This document shows positions 56,590 to 64,000 of a stretch of DNA of 64,000 nucleotides, in pieces. The stretch is from positions 13,586-77,585 of the forward strand of contig JBFMHR010000003.1 of the NCBI GenBank assembly GCA_040751795.1, read 5' to 3'. The stretch's first letter is position 1, and every line of letters starts with the position of its first letter. The stretch comes from Thermoplasmatota archaeon (GTDB taxonomy: Archaea > Thermoplasmatota > Thermoplasmata > UBA10834). Made by a program: the position numbers and the translations under genes. Below the pieces are notes generated by a model that did not search any database, had not been told where the DNA came from, and worked only from the letters and a program-made list of their open reading frames with translations.

Positions 56590-59500
56590 CGACCAGCTCG
56601 AGCGGCATCCTGTCGACAGTCCACTTGACGGCGCCCTCCGCTGGCTCCGACCGCGTGAGCGCGCGCGCGTGCGTCTCGTGGCGTATATGCTCCATGTGGG
56701 ACGAGATGGCCGCCTCGATGTCCGGGTGGGCGCTGTACTCCACGACCACCTCGTCCTCGAACTCCAGGCCCTGCTCCTTCCTCATGTGCTGCACCCGCCT
56801 GATGACCTCCCTCGAGAGACCCTCCAGCCTCAGCCTCCGGTCCACCGCGAGGGACATGTAGGCGTGGATGTCGCCGGCGCTGGCGTGGGCGTACCCGCCC
56901 TTCTGCCTCTCCGACACCAGGACGTCCTCCTCGGTGAGGTCGAAGCCGCCGAGCCGGACCTTGCCCGATGCGCGCAGGTGCCTGACCAGCTCGCTCCCGT
57001 CCACCTGGTCCAGGAGCCTGGAGACCTCCGAGGCGGACTCCTTGAACTTGGGCCCGAGGGTCCTGAGGTTCGGGGACACGGCGAACTCCACCATGCCCTC
57101 CCTCGACTCGACGCACTCGACCCGCTTGACGTTCAGCTCCTCCGCGATCATCCTCTCGTACCTGCGCAGGACCCATGCGACGTCCCTGCTGGAGGCTATC
57201 ACCGCGTGGTCCAGGGGCTGCCTCAGCTTCACGTTCGCACCCTGCCTGGCGGTCCTCCCGGCCTCCACCGCCTGCCTCACGGCCGCCATCTGCGACTCGA
57301 GGGGTGGGACCACCATCGAGGCGTCCGCCCTCGGGAAGTCCTCGAGGTGGACGCACCCCTTCGGCCCCTTCAGGCACCTGTACAGCCAGTCCGAGAAGAA
57401 CGGCGCCGCCGGCGCCATGATGAGGGAGAGGGATGCGAGGCACTCGTGGAGCGTCGCGTGCGCGGAGAACCTGTCCTCGGGGTCGTTCTCCATCCAGAAC
57501 CGCCTCCTCGACCTGCGGACGTACCAGCCGCTCAGGTCGTCGACGAACAGAGTGGTCGCGCGGACCGCCGACTGCACGTCCATCGCGTCGAACGCCGCCC
57601 TCACGTCCCCTATGGTCGAGTTGAGCCTGGACAGGATCCACCTGTCGAGGTCGTGGGTCCGGTCCTTCGCCCCCTGGCCCGTGTACCCGTAGGCGTTGGC
57701 GTTGGACGAGTAGAACGCGTAGAGGTTCAGGACGGTCGTGAGCGTGCCCACCATCGTCTTCCTCACGTCCTCCATCGAGAACCTGACGGGGCTGGACACC
57801 GTCGAGCCGAGGAGGTACAGCCTGGCCGCGTCTGCGCCCACGGAGCCGAACACCTCGGCCGGGGACGCCGCGCCGGCGGCGCCCGCCCCCATCGCCCTGC
57901 CCTTCTCGTCGAGCAGGCGCTCCAGCACCAGCACCGACCGGAAGGCGGGCGCGTCGAAGAGCAGCGTGCCCACGACGTGCTGCGTGTAGAACCAGCCCCT
58001 GGTCTGGTCCGACGACTCGGTGATGAAGTCGACCGACCTGTGCGTCTCGAACTCGGCGATGTTCTCGAACGGGTAGTGGTACTGGGCGAACGGGGCGCAG
58101 CCGGAGTCGTACCAGCAGTCGAGCACGTCCTGCTCCCTGGCCATCCCCGCGCCGCACTCAGGGCAGCGGAGGCGGACCGAGTCCACGGACGGCCTGTGGA
58201 GGTCCAGGGGCTCGGGGAGCGGCGCCTCCGAGAGACGGGCCAGCTCCTCCACGCTCCCGACGCAGACCTCGTGGCCGGACGGGCACCTCCAGACCGGCAG
58301 CGGGGTCCCCCAGTACCTGCTCCTGCTGACCACCCAGTCCTTCGCGTCCTCGAGGAACGTGCCGAACCTGCCCCCGCCGTAGTCGGTCGGCACCCAGCTG
58401 ATCTCGGAGTTGAGCTCGGCCATCCGCTCCTTCGCGCCCGAGGCGCGCACGGACCAGACGTCCCTGGGCTTGTACATGAGAGGGCTGCGGCACCTCCAGC
58501 AGAACGGGCTGGAGCGCCTGGTCAGGCCCCACTTGAAGAGGAGGCCCTTCGCCTCGAGCATGCGCACGACCTCCGGGGAGGCGTCGCCCACGCTCCTGCC
58601 TGCGAGGTCCGGGACCTCTGCGGTGAACCTGCCCGAATCGTCGACGGGGTCGAACGGGGCGACGCCCTCATCCTCCCCGATCTGGCGGTCGACTGAGGCG
58701 TATGGGGGCGACACGTGCATGACGCCCGTCCCCTCCGCCTTGGTGACCTCGTGCGAGCCCACGACCCTGTGGCCCCTGCCCCCGAAGTCACAGTACGCGA
58801 AGGGAGGCTCGTAGGCCATGCCGACCAGCTCGGAGCCGGCCATCGTCCTGACCGGCCGGGCCTCCGGGCCCAGCATGTGGGCCTTGTCCTCCGCGACGAT
58901 GGCGCGCTCGCCGGCCACCTCGTACACGCCGTAGGCCTTCGATGCGTCGACCGCGAGGAGCGCGTTCGCGACCAGCGTCCAAGGCGTCTCGGTGTAGACC
59001 AGGGCCGACGCGCCGAGCGACGGGACCCTGAACCTCACCACGGCCCACCTGACCTCCGCCTCCTCGAAGCCGAGGGCGACCTCGTGCGTGCTGAGGGGCG
59101 TGCCGCACCTGGGGCAGTACGGCGCGACCTGGAGCGACTTCGACACCAGGCCTCTGGAGTGTAGCTGCTTGAAGGACCACCAGACGCTCTCGATGTACTC
59201 GTTGGACATCGTGAGGTAGGCATGCTCGTAGTCGATCCCGTATCCGAGCCTGCGGCTCATGTCCTCCCAGTCGGCCTTGTACCTCACGACGCTCTCGCGG
59301 CAGGCGTCGTTGAACCCCCCGACCCCGAAGGCCTCGACCGCGCCCTTGCCGTCGATGCCGAGGGCGCGCTCGACCTCGATCTCGACCGGGAGGCCGTGGC
59401 AGTCCCACCCCGCGATGAAGGGGAGGACATCGCGGCCGTTCATGATGTGGTACCTGAGGAAGGAGTCCTTCACGGCGCGCGTGAGCGCGTCGGACATGTC

Positions 59501-59668
59501 GGGGGGCCTGTTGGCCGTCGGGGGGCCCTCGCAGAACACCAGAGGCGCCCCGCCCCGCATCCGCTCCTTCACCCGGGAGAGGGTCCCCTCCTCTCGCCAG
59601 AGCGCGAGGACCTCCTCCTCGAGCTGGGGGAAGGTCTCCCCCGCGGGTTCCCGGTAGTACCTCTTCAT
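56576..59668 (-). CDS. isoleucyl-tRNA synthetase homolog with degenerate HIGH and KMSKS motifs
   Basis: Start MKRYYREPAGETFPQLEEEVLALWREEG at 59668. IleRS blocks GPPTAN, GWDCHGLPVE, TETPWTLVAN, WVVSRSRYWGTPLPVW, DCWYDSG, DQTRGWF and LSGWYVRRSRRRFW are collinear. HIGH is replaced by DMSD and KMSKS by AMGAG. Confidence 0.85.
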   Translation of the reverse strand: MKRYYREPAGETFPQLEEEVLALWREEGTLSRVKERMRGGAPLVFCEGPPTANRPPDMSDALTRAVKDSFLRYHIMNGRDVLPFIAGWDCHGLPVEIEVERALGIDGKGAVEAFGVGGFNDACRESVVRYKADWEDMSRRLGYGIDYEHAYLTMSNEYIESVWWSFKQLHSRGLVSKSLQVAPYCPRCGTPLSTHEVALGFEEAEVRWAVVRFRVPSLGASALVYTETPWTLVANALLAVDASKAYGVYEVAGERAIVAEDKAHMLGPEARPVRTMAGSELVGMAYEPPFAYCDFGGRGHRVVGSHEVTKAEGTGVMHVSPPYASVDRQIGEDEGVAPFDPVDDSGRFTAEVPDLAGRSVGDASPEVVRMLEAKGLLFKWGLTRRSSPFCWRCRSPLMYKPRDVWSVRASGAKERMAELNSEISWVPTDYGGGRFGTFLEDAKDWVVSRSRYWGTPLPVWRCPSGHEVCVGSVEELARLSEAPLPEPLDLHRPSVDSVRLRCPECGAGMAREQDVLDCWYDSGCAPFAQYHYPFENIAEFETHRSVDFITESSDQTRGWFYTQHVVGTLLFDAPAFRSVLVLERLLDEKGRAMGAGAAGAASPAEVFGSVGADAARLYLLGSTVSSPVRFSMEDVRKTMVGTLTTVLNLYAFYSSNANAYGYTGQGAKDRTHDLDRWILSRLNSTIGDVRAAFDAMDVQSAVRATTLFVDDLSGWYVRRSRRRFWMENDPEDRFSAHATLHECLASLSLIMAPAAPFFSDWLYRCLKGPKGCVHLEDFPRADASMVVPPLESQMAAVRQAVEAGRTARQGANVKLRQPLDHAVIASSRDVAWVLRRYERMIAEELNVKRVECVESREGMVEFAVSPNLRTLGPKFKESASEVSRLLDQVDGSELVRHLRASGKVRLGGFDLTEEDVLVSERQKGGYAHASAGDIHAYMSLAVDRRLRLEGLSREVIRRVQHMRKEQGLEFEDEVVVEYSAHPDIEAAISSHMEHIRHETHARALTRSEPAEGAVKWTVDRMPLELVVRKA

Positions 59669-60013
59669 GGCAACAGACTCCTCCAAAAGGGGCTCTATCA
59701 CATACTCGGCAATGGTGGCATGAATCAGCCAATAGCTATAATCAGGGACTGGCCAGCCGAGTACATCGGAGGGTTTGGAACGACGGTCACGATATATAAT
59801 ACCTAGTCGCGGGCGATGGACGCTATTGGTCATCGGCGCTGCGGGCGCGCCCGGGCCCGTGACTAGGCGTGTCATGGCACGGCCCGCGCATGCTGGCCTG
59901 TTGCCAGGGCCGCAGGGCCTCTAAGAAAGTAATATATAACAGAGGACATATAGCGCGCCAGCGTGCAATCCATGGCCCGGGGTGGTGCCCAGGGCCAGAT
60001 GGGGTGAACACGG

Positions 60014-60184
60014 ATGGAAGAGCCCTTGTGCAACGTGGAGTTTCTGAAGAGCAACGCCTCGTACGTGGCCAGAGTACAGAGCGACCTGGGCGGAGTGAGG
60101 GAGTACAGGAGCGCCTCGTTGGAGGAGATACTTGAGCAGGTGATCATAGACCTCCAAGAGGAGTTCGAGGGCGCGCGCCTTTAA
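60014..60184 (+). CDS. possible small protein (56 aa)
   Basis: MEEPLCNVEFLKSNASYVARVQSDLGGVREYRSASLEEILEQVIIDLQEEFEGARL. Below the ORF-track size cut-off. Codon usage is plausible. No family recognised. Confidence 0.3.
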   Translation: MEEPLCNVEFLKSNASYVARVQSDLGGVREYRSASLEEILEQVIIDLQEEFEGARL

Positions 60185-60307
60185 GGCCGCGCACGGGCAT
60201 TGGAACGGCAGCGGGTCGACGGAAAGGGTTCGTCGGAGCCGAGTTCATCCCCGAGGGCGTCGGGAGCGGGCACCACAGGCCGAGGCGGACCCAAAGGGGG
60301 CGACTGA

Positions 60308-60649
60308 ATGGAAGAGAAGGACAAGAAGGAGTACGAGGAGATCATCTCGTCCTACTACGGCGAGGACCAGGTCGCCGCGCTCGTGAGCTTCAAGATAGAC
60401 ACCAAGGGCTCCGACACGGTGGCGCAGAAGATCGCGGGGTTCGACCACGTCGAGGACGTGTTCCTGGTGACGGGCGACACCGACATCATCGCCAAGGCCA
60501 GGTTCCCCAACTACGCGTCCCTGAAGAAGTTCATAGTCGACGACGTCGCGGGCATAGAGGGCGTGAAGGAGACCAAGACATTCATGGTCGTCACGACGTT
60601 CAAGGAGAGGGGCAAGGTCAGGGAGCCCGAAGAGGAGCAGAAGGAATAG
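60308..60649 (+). CDS. stand-alone Lrp/AsnC ligand-binding (RAM) domain protein
   Basis: ...ALVSFKIDTKGSDTVAQKIAGFDHVEDVFLVTGDTDIIAKARFPNYASLKKFIVDDVAGIEGVKETKTFMVV. No HTH is present. Confidence 0.7.
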   Translation: MEEKDKKEYEEIISSYYGEDQVAALVSFKIDTKGSDTVAQKIAGFDHVEDVFLVTGDTDIIAKARFPNYASLKKFIVDDVAGIEGVKETKTFMVVTTFKERGKVREPEEEQKE

Positions 60650-60693
60650 GCGCCCCCTGCTCACCGCGCAGCCATTCACAGAGGTGGTCGTTC

Positions 60694-60948
60694 ATGGATA
60701 TGGAGACGAGGCTCAGGCAGATAATGGAGGTGTTGGACCAGCTTGCGGACGACAACTCCGTACCGAGGAACATAAGGCGCGGGGCGACCCAGGCCAAGGA
60801 GCGGCTCTCGCAGAGGAGCGAGGCGCTCGACATCAGGAGCGCCAGCGCGATCATGATACTCGACGAGCTGGCGAACGACCCGAACATACCGCTGCACGGG
60901 CGCACGCTGATCTGGAACATCATCAGCCAGCTCGAGACGGTCAAGTGA
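60694..60948 (+). CDS. UPF0147-family protein
   Basis: ...LADDNSVPRNIRRGA..A...L......IR.A.AI.ILDELANDPNIPLHGRTLIWNIISQLE is the UPF0147 pattern as I recall it. Confidence 0.7.
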   Translation: MDMETRLRQIMEVLDQLADDNSVPRNIRRGATQAKERLSQRSEALDIRSASAIMILDELANDPNIPLHGRTLIWNIISQLETVK

Positions 60949-60953
60949 AACCT

Positions 60954-61025
60954 GCGGCTGTAGTCTAGTGGTTAGGACTGAAGCTTCCCAAGCTTTAAGC
61001 CCGGGTTCGAATCCCGGCAGCCGCA
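60954..61025 (+). tRNA. tRNA-Gly (anticodon CCC)
   Basis: GCGGCTG-TA-GTCT-AGTGGTTA-GGAC-T-GAAGC-TTCCCAA-GCTTT-AAGC-CCGGG-TTCGAAT-CCCGG-CAGCCGC-A folds as a cloverleaf. No intron and no encoded CCA. Confidence 0.9.
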
Positions 61026-61044
61026 CTCATACCCCGCGGCCGGC

Positions 61045-61494
61045 TCATTGCAGGTTCAGCACCGCGACCTTCTTCTCCTGGTTCATCTCGCGGGTCGACC
61101 TGACGCCGTCCAGCCTCAGCACCCCTATCTCGTTGGACACCCAGGCCTTCCCCCTCAGGAGGTGGCCGCCGAATGCCCTGTGCTCCCTGTCCGCGACCGA
61201 AACGTGGATGTGCACCCTGTGTTCGCCATACCCCGAGATCACGCCCTGTATCGACAGGAGCTCATGCGGCTCTGGAAATGCACGGCTGACGTACTCCCCC
61301 TTGTCGAAGTACCCGAGCTCGAAGTCGCTTATCATCCCCACGCCCGTGCATATGAGCATCGTCGACCGCGAGTCCCTGACCGACTTGAGTATCGACTCGA
61401 TTATGTCCTCGCCGTCGTCGAGGCGGAGGATGTGCATCTGGCCGCTTCTGGACTGCTGCATCTGACCTCTCCCGTGCCTGTAGGCGCGTGCCAC
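61045..61494 (-). CDS. PPC (DUF296) domain protein
   Basis: HILRLDDGEDIIESI......R......ICTGVGMISDFELGYFD...EY........ELLSIQGVIS.......HIHVSVAD...RAFGGHLL.G. The start may be an internal Met. Confidence 0.7.
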   Translation of the reverse strand: MARAYRHGRGQMQQSRSGQMHILRLDDGEDIIESILKSVRDSRSTMLICTGVGMISDFELGYFDKGEYVSRAFPEPHELLSIQGVISGYGEHRVHIHVSVADREHRAFGGHLLRGKAWVSNEIGVLRLDGVRSTREMNQEKKVAVLNLQ

Positions 61495-61626
61495 CCGAAG
61501 TACCTACGCAATGCGGGCGCGAGGGAACAGGCCCCGGTGCGCATCGGCCCGGTTCGTTGACCGGCGCGTCAACCGCGAAACCAGGTTCATATAGCGCCCT
61601 CCGGCTACGAAGATGCCGGTGAGGAA

Positions 61627-63018
61627 GTGGTGGCTCGGAAGCTGGTCATAGCGACGGTGGCATTCGCCATGCTCGCCTTCCCGATGACGACGCCCTTGGC
61701 CTCGGCCGACGGTATGACGCACGTGTACGACGATGTCTACGATGACTGGAGCCTCTCGGCCGAAGAGACCCAGTACGGGATGATCAACCTGGTCGGAGGG
61801 TCGGAGAGGCTCCTGCTCGCCATAAGGGTCGACAGCGACACCCTGGCCTCGGCGGACCAGGCGGTGTGGATATTCACCGTCCCTGGGGACCCCGACCAGA
61901 TCGAGGTCGACCTCATGCCCGCGGTAAGGGAGATATCCGGCGAGCCGTTCTCGCACACGGCCAGGAGGGAGTTCTGCGAGAACCTCGTGATGGGCTACGG
62001 CACTCAGCTGTACCCCGTGGCCGCGCTCCTCCTCACGCCATCGGTGAGCCCGAGCCTCCTCCTGGGCGATGACTCGAAGGACTACGGACCCGGGGTCGAA
62101 GTCTCCACCCACATCGAGTCGCGCGGCATGACGATGGAGGTCGTCTCCGCCCAGTACGCCGATGCGCTGGAGGCGTACCTGCTGGGCCTGGGACTGGAGC
62201 TGGACGAGGGGTCGGCGTCCCTGATCGGCGAGTATGTCGGGGACGAATACGCCTTCGTCGTCTCGTGGATCTCGGACGTCGAACAGTTCAGTCTCGACGT
62301 GCCGATGCAGTACGACCGCTCCACGGGCGAGTTCTACTACGAGCTCGGCCTCTTCGCCGAGTTCCCGACGGACCGTGTGTTCTACCCGCTCAGGCTGACG
62401 AGTGTCTACGGCGAGAGGGTGGTGCCCATGCTGCTGCAGGTCCTCGGCTTCGTTCAGACGGACGCCGGCGCCGCCGACTACGGCCCGCTGGACATCGCCG
62501 TCGAGCACAAGGTCTCCCGCTACTACTCCATCTCCCCCGAGCTGAGCCCGTTCTTCACGGCGGACGGGAACAGCACCGTCGACGAGTACATGTTCCTTCA
62601 GAACTTCAGGTACACGGAGGTCGTGATCAAGGCCCCCTCGGAGCTGCTGGAGGCGGACCTCTGGATGGTGCCCGCGTCGTCCACCTCCCTGGACGTGCAG
62701 CTGTGGGTGACTGAGAACGGGTTCCTCGCCTCCCTGATGGTCGTCCTGGGGCTCTCCTCGCTGGCAGGGGTCGTCTCCGGGGCGCTCGTGTTCGCACCCC
62801 ACCGCCCGGTCCTCTGGAAGTTCGCTGTCCTCGGGCTTGCGAACGTCCTCACGGTCGTCGGGCTCTGGTTCGCCGCCAGGACGCTCGAGGTGGAGCGCAC
62901 GATGACGAGGCCCGAGGTGCCTGTCCCGGCCAGCCCCTACAGGGCGGACTTCCTGTTCGTCTACAGCTTCGTGTTCCTGGCCTCGGTGACCATGGTCCTC
63001 ATGGCGTTCTGGGCGTGA
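61627..63018 (+). CDS. hypothetical secreted/membrane protein (signal peptide, large extracellular domain, 3-4 C-terminal TM helices)
   Basis: 463 aa. N-terminal LVIATVAFAMLAFPMTTPLASA. C-terminal TMs GFLASLMVVLGLSSLAGVVSGALVF, FAVLGLANVLTVVGLWF, FLFVYSFVFLASVTMVLMAFW. Confidence 0.55.
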   Translation: MVARKLVIATVAFAMLAFPMTTPLASADGMTHVYDDVYDDWSLSAEETQYGMINLVGGSERLLLAIRVDSDTLASADQAVWIFTVPGDPDQIEVDLMPAVREISGEPFSHTARREFCENLVMGYGTQLYPVAALLLTPSVSPSLLLGDDSKDYGPGVEVSTHIESRGMTMEVVSAQYADALEAYLLGLGLELDEGSASLIGEYVGDEYAFVVSWISDVEQFSLDVPMQYDRSTGEFYYELGLFAEFPTDRVFYPLRLTSVYGERVVPMLLQVLGFVQTDAGAADYGPLDIAVEHKVSRYYSISPELSPFFTADGNSTVDEYMFLQNFRYTEVVIKAPSELLEADLWMVPASSTSLDVQLWVTENGFLASLMVVLGLSSLAGVVSGALVFAPHRPVLWKFAVLGLANVLTVVGLWFAARTLEVERTMTRPEVPVPASPYRADFLFVYSFVFLASVTMVLMAFWA

Positions 63019-63032
63019 GGCGGTTGGCCGCC

Positions 63033-64000
63033 CTAGGCCTGCTCGAAGACCTTCGAGATCCGTTCCATGGCCCAGTCGACCTCGGCCTTGGTTATGACCA
63101 GCGGGGGCGCGAACCTGATGGTCTTCTCGTGGGTGTCCTTCGCGAGGACGCCCTCGGCCATCAGCTTCTCGCAGATCGGCCGGACCGTCTCGCCGGGCCC
63201 GAGGTGGAACTCGACGCCTATGAGGAGGCCCTTGTACCTGATGGCCTTGATCTTCCTGGTCTTGACCTCCTTCAGCCTCTTGACGAAGTACTCGCCCATC
63301 TCCTTCGACCTCGCGTCGAGCTTCTCGTCGACCAGGACGTCCAGCGAGGTGCTGGCGATGGCGCACGCGAGCGGGTTGCCCCCGAAGGTGCTCCCGTGGG
63401 AGCCAGGTGTGAAGACGCCCATGAGCTCCTTGGTGGAGACGCACGCCGACACCGGGTAGAGGCCGCCGCCGAGGGCCTTGCCCACGCAGAGAATGTCGGG
63501 CTTGATCCCCTCGTGCTGGAACGCGAACATCCTGCCCGTGCGCGCGAACCCGGTCTGTATCTCGTCGATGATGAGGAGGACCCCGTTCTTGTCGCACACG
63601 CGCCTGAGGTCCTTGAGGTACCCCGGGGACGGGACGTTGATGCCTGCCTCCCCCTGGATCGGCTCGACGAGTATGCCGATGGTGTTCTTGTTGATGGCCG
63701 CCTCGAAGGCCTTCACGTCGTTGTAGGGGATCGTGACGAAGCCCGGGGCGAACGGCCCGAAGCCCTTCTTCGAGTCGGGGTCGGACGAGAAGCTGATGAT
63801 GGTGGTCGTCCGGCCGTGGAAGTTGTTCTCGCACACGATGATCTCCCCCTTGTCCTCGGGTATGCCCTTCTTCGTGTGGCCCCATCTCCTGGCGAGCTTG
63901 ATGGCTGTCTCCACCGCCTCGGCCCCTGTGTTCATCGGGAGGGCCATCTCGAGGCCGGCGAGGTCGCAGAGCTTCTTCAGGAACGGGCCCATGCGGTCGT
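63033..64000 (-). CDS. rocD: ornithine aminotransferase (class III PLP aminotransferase), N-terminus beyond the right edge
   Basis: ...MNTGAEAVETAIKLAR.W, NFHGRT, EPIQGEAG, LLIIDEIQTGFARTG, CVGKALGGG, STFGGNPLA. The ORF is open to the window end. Confidence 0.85.
   Translation of the reverse strand, partial: DRMGPFLKKLCDLAGLEMALPMNTGAEAVETAIKLARRWGHTKKGIPEDKGEIIVCENNFHGRTTTIISFSSDPDSKKGFGPFAPGFVTIPYNDVKAFEAAINKNTIGILVEPIQGEAGINVPSPGYLKDLRRVCDKNGVLLIIDEIQTGFARTGRMFAFQHEGIKPDILCVGKALGGGLYPVSACVSTKELMGVFTPGSHGSTFGGNPLACAIASTSLDVLVDEKLDARSKEMGEYFVKRLKEVKTRKIKAIRYKGLLIGVEFHLGPGETVRPICEKLMAEGVLAKDTHEKTIRFAPPLVITKAEVDWAMERISKVFEQA

Noticed and set aside
59480-59515. Degenerate HIGH motif of the IleRS-like gene as a homopolymer (C6) frameshift artefact.
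   Set aside because: Neither alternative frame yields HxGH. The flanking GPPTAN and ALTRAVKD blocks are in the same frame with exactly the canonical 7-residue spacing. The KMSKS site 1.6 kb away is independently degenerate.
60676-61465. ORFs 60676-61026 (-) and 60968-61465 (+).
   Set aside because: They run across tRNA-Gly and antisense to UPF0147 and the PPC-domain gene. They are shadow ORFs.

Overview
High-G+C archaeal chromosome segment. Gene content and an unsplit rpoB suggest a euryarchaeon of Thermoplasmata-like type, but that placement is inference only. About 60 genes are packed on both strands. Many long antisense shadow ORFs are typical of high GC and are not real genes.

Core loci, minus strand: tRNA-Lys, rpoH, rpoB, rpoA1, rpoA2, rpl30e, nusA.

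Core loci, plus strand: ftsZ, ftsZ, secE, spt5, rpl11, then an antisense NADH-oxidase-like gene, then rpl1, rpl10(P0), rpl12(P1).

Other recognisable genes: TBP, Orc1/Cdc6, PriL, TruA, a TrmJ-like methyltransferase, AsnRS, an IleRS-like gene, aEF-1beta with its Zn-ribbon partner, a giant AglB, pyrF, malic enzyme, GcvT, M42 and M20 peptidases, and ornithine aminotransferase (cut by the right edge).

The only clearly accessory stretch is about 30976-34998. It is AT-richer, bounded by two directly repeated IS6-type ends, and carries five uncharacterised small membrane or coiled-coil ORFs. A DUF4143-type AAA ATPase and a secreted clostripain-like peptidase follow it.

Observations most worth follow-up:
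1. A full-length IleRS homolog in which both class-I signature motifs (HIGH, KMSKS) are replaced with spacing preserved.
2. The IS6-flanked island of unknown membrane proteins.
3. A 2192-aa AglB fused to about eleven beta-sandwich repeats.
4. Three FtsZ genes: a tandem near-duplicate pair, plus a cdrS-like/ftsZ2-like operon whose RHH protein is an internal tandem duplication.
5. N-terminal extensions on Spt5 and RpoA''.
6. A tRNA-Lys with two non-canonical introns.
7. Two unusual promoter architectures: one TATA box shared by divergent leaderless genes, and a duplicated TATA box ahead of tbp.

No rRNA genes and no CRISPR array were seen.
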